A stretch of DNA of 64,000 bases, taken from positions 64,001 through 128,000 of the forward strand of contig CAVPCT010000005.1 in assembly GCA_963702475.1 (NCBI GenBank). Reading direction: 5' to 3'. Positions within the stretch are counted from its first letter, which is position 1; each line of letters starts with the position of its first letter. A program made the position numbers and the translations under genes. Shown piece by piece: positions 42,018-50,431 of the stretch. The notes beneath the pieces were generated by a model. The model saw only the letters and a program-made list of their open reading frames with translations. It ran no database searches and was not told the origin of the DNA. Source of the DNA: an uncultured Thermoleophilia bacterium (GTDB lineage: Bacteria; Actinomycetota; Thermoleophilia; UBA2241).

Positions 42018-42556
42018 GACGGACCCAGGCACCCGTTCAGCACGCGGGTCGTCGTGCGCCCGTTCCAATCGGCGCCGACCGTGACCTCGAGGCGTGCGAC
42101 ACGTGAGGTCCAGCCCGGCTCGAGCAGGGCGGCGCCTGCGAGCTCCTGCCCATCGGCCGCGAAGTACCGCACCGCGAACGCCCCGACCCGATCTGCGAGG
42201 TACGTTCCGGCGGCCTTGCGCCACAGCACGCGGCGCGACCGGTCCCAGACGACCGCGACGGTCTCCGGCGCCTCACCGGGGTGCCTGTGCAGGACTGCGA
42301 ACGATTCCGCCGGCGCCCGGCCTGCGGGCGTAGGAAGCAGCTGCGCAGCCTGCGCGAGATCGTCACCGATGACGCGCACCGCGTAGGCGCCGGCTGTGAC
42401 CGCCTGGGCTCGCGCCCCGAGGGTGCGAGCCGCATCGCCCGCGTTCCACACGAACGGCCACGCGCCGGCGAGCGCCACACCCGCGACACAGGTCGCCACG
42501 AGCAGTTCGATCAGCGTGAGACCGGTCGAGCGCGCGCCGGTCGTGCCCACCCTCAT
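42014..42556 (-). CDS. PilW-like minor pilin
   Basis: G|LTLIELLVAT class III signal peptide. Confidence 0.75.
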   Translation of the reverse strand: MRVGTTGARSTGLTLIELLVATCVAGVALAGAWPFVWNAGDAARTLGARAQAVTAGAYAVRVIGDDLAQAAQLLPTPAGRAPAESFAVLHRHPGEAPETVAVVWDRSRRVLWRKAAGTYLADRVGAFAVRYFAADGQELAGAALLEPGWTSRVARLEVTVGADWNGRTTTRVLNGCLGPS

Positions 42557-43200
42557 GAGACCGCCCCCTCGACGCCTGCGCCGGCCGCCGGCCCCGAGTC
42601 GAGGCGCGTGGATGAAGCGACCGGATGGGCGCGGCAGGCCACCGCGCCATCGAGAGAGGGACGCAGGGCGTGCAGCACGAACCGCCGCTCGGCAGCGGGG
42701 CCCGGCCGGCCGGCCAGCTCGAGACGCAGTTCGACGGCCAGCGCCGGTGGGCGGGCATCCTCCCATATCGCCCACCCACGCACCTCGGCCGCCGACAGCG
42801 GCGTCGTGGCGGCGTCGGTCACACGCACGAGCGTAGCCGTGCGGCGCACCACGCTGCCCTCGAAGGGCATCTCGCTGATGAAGGTCGCCGCTCCGGACTC
42901 ATCCATGAACCCGTCCGGCCCGACGTTGAGCTCCGGTCGTGCGTGCGGGAACACCTCGCCGAGCAGTGAGGGCGGCCCCTCACCGGGCCCGTTGCCCTGA
43001 CGGTAGAACGTCAGCGCCGTGAGGCGGGCGGCCTCGGCGTCGAGCAGCCGCCCCGCCTCACGCCCCTGCTGTGCGGCGGCCTCGGCGCGGAAGGCCGTGT
43101 GGAGGGCGCCCGCGGCGGCCAGGCAGCCGAGAGCGAGGACCCCGACGGCCACGGCCGCCTCGATGAGGGAGAAACCACCCCGACGGATGTTCAGACGCAC
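42553..43200 (-). CDS. PilV-like minor pilin
   Basis: RRGG|FSLIEAAVAVGVLALG class III signal peptide; start approximate. Confidence 0.75.
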   Translation of the reverse strand: MRLNIRRGGFSLIEAAVAVGVLALGCLAAAGALHTAFRAEAAAQQGREAGRLLDAEAARLTALTFYRQGNGPGEGPPSLLGEVFPHARPELNVGPDGFMDESGAATFISEMPFEGSVVRRTATLVRVTDAATTPLSAAEVRGWAIWEDARPPALAVELRLELAGRPGPAAERRFVLHALRPSLDGAVACRAHPVASSTRLDSGPAAGAGVEGAVS

Positions 43201-43646
43201 CGTACGCACCCGCCGAGCTGGACGATGACGTTGCGGATCGAGGCGCCGGCGCCGATCGCGAAGTGCCCGGCGCGGGGACTCACCCCGCCGACCACGGTGG
43301 GCAGGCCTCCGGGACCGAACTCCACCGTTCCGTCGGGGTAGTTGGATGCGACGGCGGCGCCCAGGTGGCCGTCGGCGACGCGCTCCTGGGGCGAGCCCGC
43401 CTCGACGACGCGGAACCTCCCGGACGCCTCGACCTCGACCCGGACCGGGACGCCCTGGGCTTGCGCGCGCACCTGCGCCGTGCGCAGAACGAGAGCGAGG
43501 CGCGCGGCGGCGTCCGCGGCGCGCAACGTGCGCCGCGCGTGGACGACCCCGGGCACGGCCACGGTGCACAGCAGCGCCGAGACCGACAGGACCACGACCA
43601 GTTCGACCAGCGTGACCCCCGCGCCCCGCGTCCACCACCCTCGCAT
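43191..43646 (-). CDS. FimT/FimU (GspH-like) minor pilin
   Basis: G|VTLVELVVVL...AVP, LRTAQVRA, VEFGPGG, IVQLGGCVR. Confidence 0.8.
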   Translation of the reverse strand: MRGWWTRGAGVTLVELVVVLSVSALLCTVAVPGVVHARRTLRAADAAARLALVLRTAQVRAQAQGVPVRVEVEASGRFRVVEAGSPQERVADGHLGAAVASNYPDGTVEFGPGGLPTVVGGVSPRAGHFAIGAGASIRNVIVQLGGCVRCV

Positions 43647-43855
43647 CCCTCGCCTCCCGTCTGGCTCGCCGCCTCTCCGGCCTGCCGGCCGCGCAAGGAC
43701 GAGGGTAGACGCCGGAGGACGCGCAGACGAGGGTGACGTAGGCACCACCACGGTGACGTTGGACCTGGGGCGATCCGGCCGGCGGCCAGACCGCGGGACG
43801 ACACCGCAACGGCGATGTGTCCGCCGGGCCGGGACGGTCCCGCGCCGGCAGACCC

Positions 43856-44629
43856 TCAGCCCCGAAACACCAGGCCGAGATACGCGCTGATGAGGGCTCC
43901 GCCGGCGAAGAGCGCCGCCACGCCGCCGGCGGCCATGAACGGCCCGAACGGGATGGGGGTCTGCCCGTCGCCCTTTCGCAGGGCGAGGATGAACGCGCCG
44001 ATGACGGCGCCGGCGACGAACCCGATGAACAGGGCAGGTACCACCGTGACGCCCAGGTAGAAGCCCATGCACAACGCGAGCTTCACATCCCCGAAACCCA
44101 TCCCCACCTGATGCCGCACGCGGAAGTAGATCTCACTCACCAGCAGGAAGAACCCGGCCGCGGCGACGCCGGCCACCGGGTACTGCCACCAGGGAGCGTC
44201 ACCGAGGACGATCATCAGGGGCAATCCGCCCGCGGCGACCGGGAGGATCACGACGTCGGGGATGAGCTGCTTCTCGATGTCGACCTGACTGACAAGCACG
44301 AGCGCCGACACGAAGAGGAGGTGCGGGACGAGGAGCCACGACACGCCGTCCAGGAGGAACACGCCGACCCACAGGGCGCACATGGCGGCTTCGCCCACGG
44401 GGTACCGCCAGCCGATGCGCGCGCCGCAGTCGCGGCAGCGTCCACGCAGGATCAGCCAGCTGACCACGGGGACGTTGTCGTGGGCGCGGACGAGATGGCC
44501 GCACTGCGTGCAATGGGAGCGACCCCGCGTGATGTGCTCACCGTGAGCGAGGCGCCAGGCCCACGCGTTGACGAAGCTGCCGACGATGAGGCCGTACACG
44601 GCCGCGACGGCGATGAAGAACCCGGTCAC
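43856..44629 (-). CDS. pilD: Prepilin peptidase/methyltransferase (A24)
   Basis: GSFVN, SHCTQC, NVPVVSW..LRGRCRDC, MGFGDVKL, IPFGPF. Confidence 0.96.
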   Translation of the reverse strand: MTGFFIAVAAVYGLIVGSFVNAWAWRLAHGEHITRGRSHCTQCGHLVRAHDNVPVVSWLILRGRCRDCGARIGWRYPVGEAAMCALWVGVFLLDGVSWLLVPHLLFVSALVLVSQVDIEKQLIPDVVILPVAAGGLPLMIVLGDAPWWQYPVAGVAAAGFFLLVSEIYFRVRHQVGMGFGDVKLALCMGFYLGVTVVPALFIGFVAGAVIGAFILALRKGDGQTPIPFGPFMAAGGVAALFAGGALISAYLGLVFRG

Positions 44630-44636
44630 GCCGCCG

Positions 44637-45380
44637 TCACGTGTAGCCCTTGAAGAGCGCGGCGATCAGGGCGTCGAACTGGTCCTGCGGCATGGTGCCG
44701 TAGAGGGGCGCGAGCGCTTTCATGCGCGCGCCCTTCTCCTCCGGCAGCAGCTCATCGAGTTCCTCGACGGCGCGCTCCTGTGCGTACTTGTCGCCGCCCA
44801 TGTACGCCTGCCCCCACATCACGATGGCCTTCTCGGTATCGCCGCCCTTGGCCGCGAGGATCGCCGCCAGTCGAGGAAGGTACTCCGGGCTGCCGGGCAT
44901 GGTCGCGGCCTTCTCGTACCACTGCGACGCGACCAGATCCTTCTCCTCCCCCGAGCCGTACCTGTAGGCGAAGAAGCCGAGGTAGGCGGGAAAGCGCCAG
45001 TCGTCCGGATTCTCCTTGAACCCCTTCTGCAGGAGTTCGTAGCTGAGCTCGGGGCGCCCCGCGTCTACCAGCGCGAACGCCCCGAACAGATAGGCGCGCG
45101 TGAAGTGCTGGCTGAGGGTGGTCACGAGGTCGACCATCTCGGGCAGTGAGTCCAAACGCTTGTCGTCCTTCATGCGCTCGCCGTAGTACTGCACCATGAG
45201 CAGGTAGTAGGTGTCGGCGATGGTCGTCCGAAAGCTCGGCGAGAAGTCCAGGAAGAAGCTCGGCGACGGCACGAACACCTTCGGCCCGGCCGGAGCTTTG
45301 GCCGGCCTCGTGACCTGGTACCCCACGACGCCTGCGGCACAGAGCAGGACGACGACCACGGCGAGGGCGCGCTGCAGCAC
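44637..45380 (-). CDS. Membrane-anchored TPR-like accessory protein (PilG/XapA-like)
   Basis: N-terminal TM; ADTYYLLMVQYYG, VTTLSQHF..AYLFG, LLQKGFKENPDDWRFPAYLGF; follows ABC ATPase and permease. Confidence 0.65.
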   Translation of the reverse strand: MLQRALAVVVVLLCAAGVVGYQVTRPAKAPAGPKVFVPSPSFFLDFSPSFRTTIADTYYLLMVQYYGERMKDDKRLDSLPEMVDLVTTLSQHFTRAYLFGAFALVDAGRPELSYELLQKGFKENPDDWRFPAYLGFFAYRYGSGEEKDLVASQWYEKAATMPGSPEYLPRLAAILAAKGGDTEKAIVMWGQAYMGGDKYAQERAVEELDELLPEEKGARMKALAPLYGTMPQDQFDALIAALFKGYT

Positions 45381-45381
45381 G

Positions 45382-46146
45382 TCAGAACTCCTTGCGGCGG
45401 AAGACCAGCACGCCGAGCGCCAGCACCACCACCACGTAGGCCACCAGGTATGCGGTCCACAGTGCCACCTCGCTCCAGGGCACGGTCTGCTCACCGACCA
45501 CCCCGGCCTTCACGTCCACGGCGGAGAGGTTCGGGATGATCACGTACACCACCCACGAGAGCGCCTGCGTGGCCGCGTTCTTGCCCAGACGGGTGAGCGA
45601 CAGCACGTTCTGGCTGAGCTGGCCGGCCACGAAGACGCAGATGCCCAGCACGCTGGCGAGGATCGCCGAGGTGATGGTGGAGAAGAAGATCGTGACCGCC
45701 ATCACCGCCAGGAGCTGGACGTAGATCATCAGCGTCGCGACGAGCACCATCCACGACGGGCTTCCGTCGACGATGAGGACCACCACGAACAGGAACGCGC
45801 CCATGCCGGCGAGCACGATGGCCATGGTGCCGCAGAGCCCCAGGAACTTGCCGAACACGAAGGCGCCGCGGCTCACCGGCTTGGAGAAGAGCACGAACAC
45901 GGTGCGCTTCTCGACCTCCTTGTGCACGAGGCTCGCCGCGACGAACACGGCCACGATGAGGCCGAACAGGGTCACCGCCGCCAGCCCGAAGTCCTTCATC
46001 ATGCGACCCTGCTGCCCGAGGCTGATGCTGCCGAGCCACAGGCCGCCGGCGATCATGATGAGGGCGAACACCACGATCACGCCGAGGATGCGGTCGCGGA
46101 TGGTCTCCTTGAGCGTGTTCACGGCGATGGCAGCGAGCTGGTTCAC
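45382..46146 (-). CDS. ABC-2-type permease (PilI/XapC-like)
   Basis: IAVNTLKETIRDR, KEVEKRTV..LFSKPVSR..FVFGKFLG, ~6 TMs, FRRKEF end. Confidence 0.88.
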   Translation of the reverse strand: MNQLAAIAVNTLKETIRDRILGVIVVFALIMIAGGLWLGSISLGQQGRMMKDFGLAAVTLFGLIVAVFVAASLVHKEVEKRTVFVLFSKPVSRGAFVFGKFLGLCGTMAIVLAGMGAFLFVVVLIVDGSPSWMVLVATLMIYVQLLAVMAVTIFFSTITSAILASVLGICVFVAGQLSQNVLSLTRLGKNAATQALSWVVYVIIPNLSAVDVKAGVVGEQTVPWSEVALWTAYLVAYVVVVLALGVLVFRRKEF

Positions 46147-46889
46147 GCCGTGACCACGTTGATGAAGAAGTCCTCGAGCGACGGCGACTCGTCGAGGGCC
46201 TCCGCCACCGTGCCCTGCCAGGCCACGCAACCCTCGCGCATGATCGCGATGCGCGAACACAGCTCGTGCACATCGCTCAGGATGTGCGAGTTGAACAGCA
46301 CCGTCTTGCCGCGCTCGTGGAGCTCCTCAATGATGCGCTTCACCTCGACGCGACCCACCGGGTCGAGCCCGGTCATGGGCTCGTCCAGCAGCACCAGCTC
46401 GGGGTCGTTGACGAGCGCCTGGGCGATGCCGATGCGCTGCAGCATGCCCTTGGAGTACTTGCGCAGGTGGGTGTCGGCGGCGGCCTGCAGGCCGACCTGC
46501 CCCAGCAGGTCGTCCACGCGCCGCCGCCGCTCGTCGCCGTGCAGCGCGAACAGGCGGGCGCACATGCCGAGGAACTCGCGGCCCGAGAGGTAGTCGTAGA
46601 AGTAGGGGTTCTCGGGCAGGTACCCGATGTGGCCCAGCCCGGGGACGCCCAGGGCCACGCTGCCGGCCGAGGGGCGCATCAGGCCCAGGATGCACTTCAC
46701 CGTGGTGGTCTTGCCGGCTCCGTTCGGGCCAAGCAGGCCGAACGTGTCGTTGCGCAGGACGGTGAGGTCCACTCCCTTGAGGATGTCGACACGGCGACGG
46801 CTGAAGCCGACGTGCACGGTCTTGTGGAGGCCGTCAACGTGGACGGCGTCCTGCCTCCTGGACTGTGCCGTCTCGCCGGCTACGGGCAC
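46143..46889 (-). CDS. ABC transporter ATP-binding protein (PilH/XapB-like)
   Basis: GPNGAGKTT, IGYLPENPYFYDYL, YSKGMLQR, LDEPMTGLDPVGR, NSHILSD. Confidence 0.93.
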   Translation of the reverse strand: MPVAGETAQSRRQDAVHVDGLHKTVHVGFSRRRVDILKGVDLTVLRNDTFGLLGPNGAGKTTTVKCILGLMRPSAGSVALGVPGLGHIGYLPENPYFYDYLSGREFLGMCARLFALHGDERRRRVDDLLGQVGLQAAADTHLRKYSKGMLQRIGIAQALVNDPELVLLDEPMTGLDPVGRVEVKRIIEELHERGKTVLFNSHILSDVHELCSRIAIMREGCVAWQGTVAEALDESPSLEDFFINVVTA

Positions 46890-47026
46890 GTGGGCCGCCC
46901 TTCCTCTTCCGCTCTCGCTGCTCAGCGCCGGCCGCGCCAGAGGCGCTCGCCGCGCGCGGCAAGTCTACCGCGTGCGGCGTCCGCGATGCCAAAGGCAAGC
47001 CGGCGCCCGATGTGAGCGAGACGCAG

Positions 47027-47428
47027 TCACGGGGCGGTGATCACGTCACTGCTCTGTCCGTGACCCACCAGGCGGAAGTGGTTCGTCGTGCTCGTGTAGG
47101 TGTAGTCGCCGCGGCTCGAGCTCTCGGCCATGTCGGCGTCGGTCCAGGGGTTCGCAGGCCAGTTGTCGACGTAGCTCGTGCCCGCGGCGTCCACCATCGA
47201 CGCCTTGCTCACCGTGCCGCTGGCCGGGTACACGTCGTTGTGATCGACGGCATAGCTGGCGATGCCCAGCTCGATGTTGTGCACGCCTCCCTTGACCGCC
47301 GACTCCTTCGCCCTGTCACGCTGACCGAGGTACATCGGGATCGCGATGGCGGCAAGGATACCGATGATGATGATGACGATCAGGAGTTCGATGAGGGTGA
47401 ACCCCGCGTCACCCCTTGTTAGCTTCAC
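47027..47428 (-). CDS. pilA: Type IV major-pilin paralog 2 (pilA2)
   Basis: G|FTLIELLIVIIIIGILAAIAIP; GGGGAGG RBS before GTG at 47428. Confidence 0.92.
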   Translation of the reverse strand: MKLTRGDAGFTLIELLIVIIIIGILAAIAIPMYLGQRDRAKESAVKGGVHNIELGIASYAVDHNDVYPASGTVSKASMVDAAGTSYVDNWPANPWTDADMAESSSRGDYTYTSTTNHFRLVGHGQSSDVITAP

Positions 47429-47514
47429 GACGACCTCCCCGTGTCCATGGCCGCGCCGCACTCACATACCACCAGCGGCGCCGTATTCTCGGCTCGCCAC
47501 AGGCTGCACCCCGC

Positions 47515-47595
47515 TTCGGCGGCAGCCCAGCCGGCTCATCGAGCCCTGTGGCTTCACGCACCACCCTCACGAGTGGTTCGCCCTGAACGCCTTCA
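47515..47595 (-). ncRNA. c-di-GMP-I (GEMM) riboswitch aptamer upstream of pilA2
   Basis: GGCG-TTCA-GGGCGAACCACTC-GTGA-GGGTGGTGCGTGAAGCCACAGGGCTCGATGAGCCGGCTGGGCTGC-CGCC: P1 GGCG/CGCC, P2 with GNRA loop, P3; aligns by eye with the Vc2 architecture. Confidence 0.82.
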
Positions 47596-47707
47596 CTGGA
47601 ATCGTACCGGATTCACGCGATTCTAGACGCCCGATACTGGTGCGGCCGGTGGCTTTCGCTCCTGCGCGCCCCGGGTGCGGGGCTGAGGAGCAGGATGATG
47701 CTCAACG

Positions 47708-47741
47708 AAAAGGCCGGGGGCGCCCATGGCAGCCCCCGGCC
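47708..47741 (-). terminator. Rho-independent terminator after pilA1
   Basis: GGCCGGGGGC-loop-GCCCCCGGCC-TTTT on minus strand. Confidence 0.85.
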
Positions 47742-47766
47742 ATCTCGTGCGTGCTGGTCAGGCTGC

Positions 47767-48153
47767 TTACGGGACGGTGATGACGCCCGTGCCGCTCTTG
47801 CCGTGTCCGATGATCTGGAAGACTGCGGAGCCTCCACCGGTGTACGAGTAGTTGCCCTGCGTGCTCGCATTCGTCATCGCGACATTGGTCCAGGGGTTCT
47901 TCGGCCAGATGTCGACGTAAGAAGCCATCGCGCCGCTGTCGACCGTGGTGGGGTAGTAGTCGTTGTGGTCGACGGCGTAGCTCTGGACGCCCACCTGGAT
48001 GCTGTGTACGCCTTCCTTTACGGCCGACTCCTTGGCCTTGTCGCGCTGGCCCAGGAACATCGGGATCGCGATCGCGGCGAGGATGCCGATGATGATGATC
48101 ACAATCAGGAGTTCGATGAGGGTGAAACCCCCCTTGCCGCGGAACCGCTTCAT
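47767..48153 (-). CDS. pilA: Type IV major pilin (pilA1)
   Basis: MKRFRGKGG|FTLIELLIVIIIIGILAAIAIP; strong AAGGAGG RBS, own promoter and terminator. Confidence 0.94.
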   Translation of the reverse strand: MKRFRGKGGFTLIELLIVIIIIGILAAIAIPMFLGQRDKAKESAVKEGVHSIQVGVQSYAVDHNDYYPTTVDSGAMASYVDIWPKNPWTNVAMTNASTQGNYSYTGGGSAVFQIIGHGKSGTGVITVP

Positions 48154-48229
48154 GTGCCTCTCCTCCTTGTCGACTGCCAAGCTCGCTGACTCCGAACGGT
48201 CTGCGAGATGCCTGCCCCGCTTGACGTCT

Positions 48230-48257
48230 GCATCGGCAGAAGGAGCTGATGACTTGA
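48230..48257 (-). promoter_or_regulatory. Sigma28/WhiG-type promoter upstream of pilA1
   Basis: TCAAG-N15-GCCGATGC on minus strand. Confidence 0.65.
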
Positions 48258-48505
48258 CTCCCCGTCCGGCCGAATCCTTGCCTGCGTGGCCACAGACACC
48301 TCTCGTGACTTATCCTGCCCCTGGTCCCATTCGCCGGACTGGAACGAATGTCTAGGGACGGATACCTACGCCGCATGGGCAACATTCTCCACAGAGCTCG
48401 ACCGATCGCCCGCGGACGCAGGGAAGTCTGCGTGGAGGACACGGCCTGACCGCGCCGGCCCCCCATCAGCGCATCGGCACGGCCGGCCACGGGTCTGGCG
48501 AGTAC

Positions 48506-49768
48506 TTGGCACACTCCAGAGCGGTCCATCTGGCCGTCCTCGCCCTCCCCTTCCTCCTGGTCGTAGCAGGCTGGCACGGGCTCGCCGGCTCCTTCCCCAC
48601 GCTGCAAGGCGGCGACGAGATCCTGCACTGGGACATCGTCCGCGCCGTACTGGACCAGTGGCCGCGCCCGATGATCAGCGGCTACGGCGCCTGGTCCGGC
48701 CCCTTGGTGTACTGGCTCCTGGCCGCGGTCGCAACGCCGTTCGGGGGGTCGCTCGTGGCGACGCGGCTGGTCGTCGCACTGTTCTCGTGGGCCACCTGCG
48801 CGGTCGCTTACGTGCTCTTCCGCGACCGCCTCCATGCGCGCCCCACCGACGCGCTGTCCCTGGCACTGCTGCTCGCGGTATCACCGTTCTTTCTGGGCCA
48901 ATCCTTCCACGTGCTCACCGACAACCCGACCTGGTTCTTCGTCGTCCTCGCCCTCGAACGCCTTCTGGCCTTTGCGTCGCGGCCGGCGTTTCTGCGGCTG
49001 GCGTCGTTCGCCGCGTGCGTCACGGCGGCCACCCTGATGCGGCACATCTCCGTGTGGCTGCTGCTCCCCGGGCTCGTCGCAGTCCTGACCGCGCCGGCGC
49101 CGCGCTCGCGCAAGATCGCGTATCTCGGCCTGCTGGCGCTGTCACTCGTGCCGCTCGCAACCCTGCTGCTCTATTGGGGCGGACCACTTCCGCCTGCGCC
49201 CGGCGGGGAATCGGCGTCAACGCCACTGGCTGGGCGCTACCGTCTGCGCAACCTGCTGCTCACCTTGGGCGTGGCGGGCTGGTACAGCGTCTTTCTGATC
49301 CCAAGCGGCCAAGCGGCGGCCTGGTGGCGACGATCCCGAGAGGACCGCGTGTTCCTGCTTGGCACAGCGCTCCCTGCGGCAGCCGTGTTCGCGCTCGTCA
49401 CGGCCGGCGCCTTGGGCACCGTGGTCAGTTACCTCGGCCTGCCGGGCAGGGTCCCGCTCCCCGAGCTGGCGGGCGTGGGCATCCTATGGTGGCTGCTGAT
49501 CCCCCTGGGTGCTGCCGTCATCGGCGCGCTGGTCATCAGCCGCCCCGCCGGGATCCCCGGCCGGCTGCTCGTGGCCGCGCTTGCCGGCGTGCTACTGAGC
49601 GCGCTCGCGAATCCCCGGTGGTACGAGCGCTATGTGGACATGCCGGTTGTACTGTTGCTCGCCGGTCTCGCTGTGACCGCCGGCGTCACGCTGACCCGGA
49701 CCGACCGCGAGCGCTGGCTCCTCGCCATCCTCGTCTCGCTCCTGGCCGTCGCGTGGCTCCGGGTCTGA
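48506..49768 (+). CDS. Polytopic membrane glycosyltransferase, GT-C fold
   Basis: ~11-12 hydrophobic segments; GGDEILH acidic motif in first external loop, LTDNP, MRH, ERY; divergent from pilA1; TTG start uncertain. Confidence 0.7.
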   Translation: MAHSRAVHLAVLALPFLLVVAGWHGLAGSFPTLQGGDEILHWDIVRAVLDQWPRPMISGYGAWSGPLVYWLLAAVATPFGGSLVATRLVVALFSWATCAVAYVLFRDRLHARPTDALSLALLLAVSPFFLGQSFHVLTDNPTWFFVVLALERLLAFASRPAFLRLASFAACVTAATLMRHISVWLLLPGLVAVLTAPAPRSRKIAYLGLLALSLVPLATLLLYWGGPLPPAPGGESASTPLAGRYRLRNLLLTLGVAGWYSVFLIPSGQAAAWWRRSREDRVFLLGTALPAAAVFALVTAGALGTVVSYLGLPGRVPLPELAGVGILWWLLIPLGAAVIGALVISRPAGIPGRLLVAALAGVLLSALANPRWYERYVDMPVVLLLAGLAVTAGVTLTRTDRERWLLAILVSLLAVAWLRV

Positions 49769-49787
49769 CACGCCGGAAGCCATCGGC

Positions 49788-50384
49788 TCACAGGAACTCG
49801 AAGGTCGCCATGGAGGAGACGAGCTCCCTGCCCGTGGTCGCCCAGGTGGCGCGGGAAGCCTGGGCACGGACCAGGTAGGCCAAGTCATCCTTGAACGCCA
49901 GCTGAGCGGACGCCGCCACATCCTTGCCCTCGATCGTGTAGGTGTACGTCTCAGTGACGGCCGGCCGGCTGTCGACGGTCGTCCAGGCCAAAGGCTTGGC
50001 GATCTTGAGCTCCGGCAGGTCGCCGACCAGGTCGGTGAGCATCGCCTCGAAATCCTTCTTGTGAGTGGTGAAGTCGGCCTCGTCGGGTGATCCGCTCATC
50101 TGGTAGACGGCAGCCTCGAGGGTGTCGACCGACTTGCCCCCGATCTGGACGCCTTCAGGGTCGACGAAGAACACGTTGAGCTCGGGCGCCCCCGGGTCTT
50201 TCGCGTCCTGAGGCACCTCCACCTTGCTGAAGCCGGACGGGTACTGGATCGCGAAGCCGAACTCCCGGTTTGAGTACGTCGTCGCGGTGAACCCGACGTC
50301 TGTGGGCGCGCCGCCGCAGGCGGACGCGACCGTGCCGAGCATCACAGCGGCCGCGAGCGCCGCGAGGGCGTGCAGGTACTTCAT
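49788..50384 (-). CDS. Lipoprotein, PsbP-like fold suspected
   Basis: Lipobox VASA-C; YSNREFGFAIQYPSGF start, TTVDSRPAV, SSMATFEF end. Confidence 0.7.
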   Translation of the reverse strand: MKYLHALAALAAAVMLGTVASACGGAPTDVGFTATTYSNREFGFAIQYPSGFSKVEVPQDAKDPGAPELNVFFVDPEGVQIGGKSVDTLEAAVYQMSGSPDEADFTTHKKDFEAMLTDLVGDLPELKIAKPLAWTTVDSRPAVTETYTYTIEGKDVAASAQLAFKDDLAYLVRAQASRATWATTGRELVSSMATFEFL

Positions 50385-50431
50385 CCGACCTCCGATCGAT
50401 GCGGGCCGCCCGGCACTGCGTGGTGGCGGCG

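Noticed and set aside
40800-48325. Recurring GGGGCAGG octamer upstream of pilM and pilA1 as an operator
   Set aside because: Short, GC-rich and at inconsistent distances from the promoters; expected by chance
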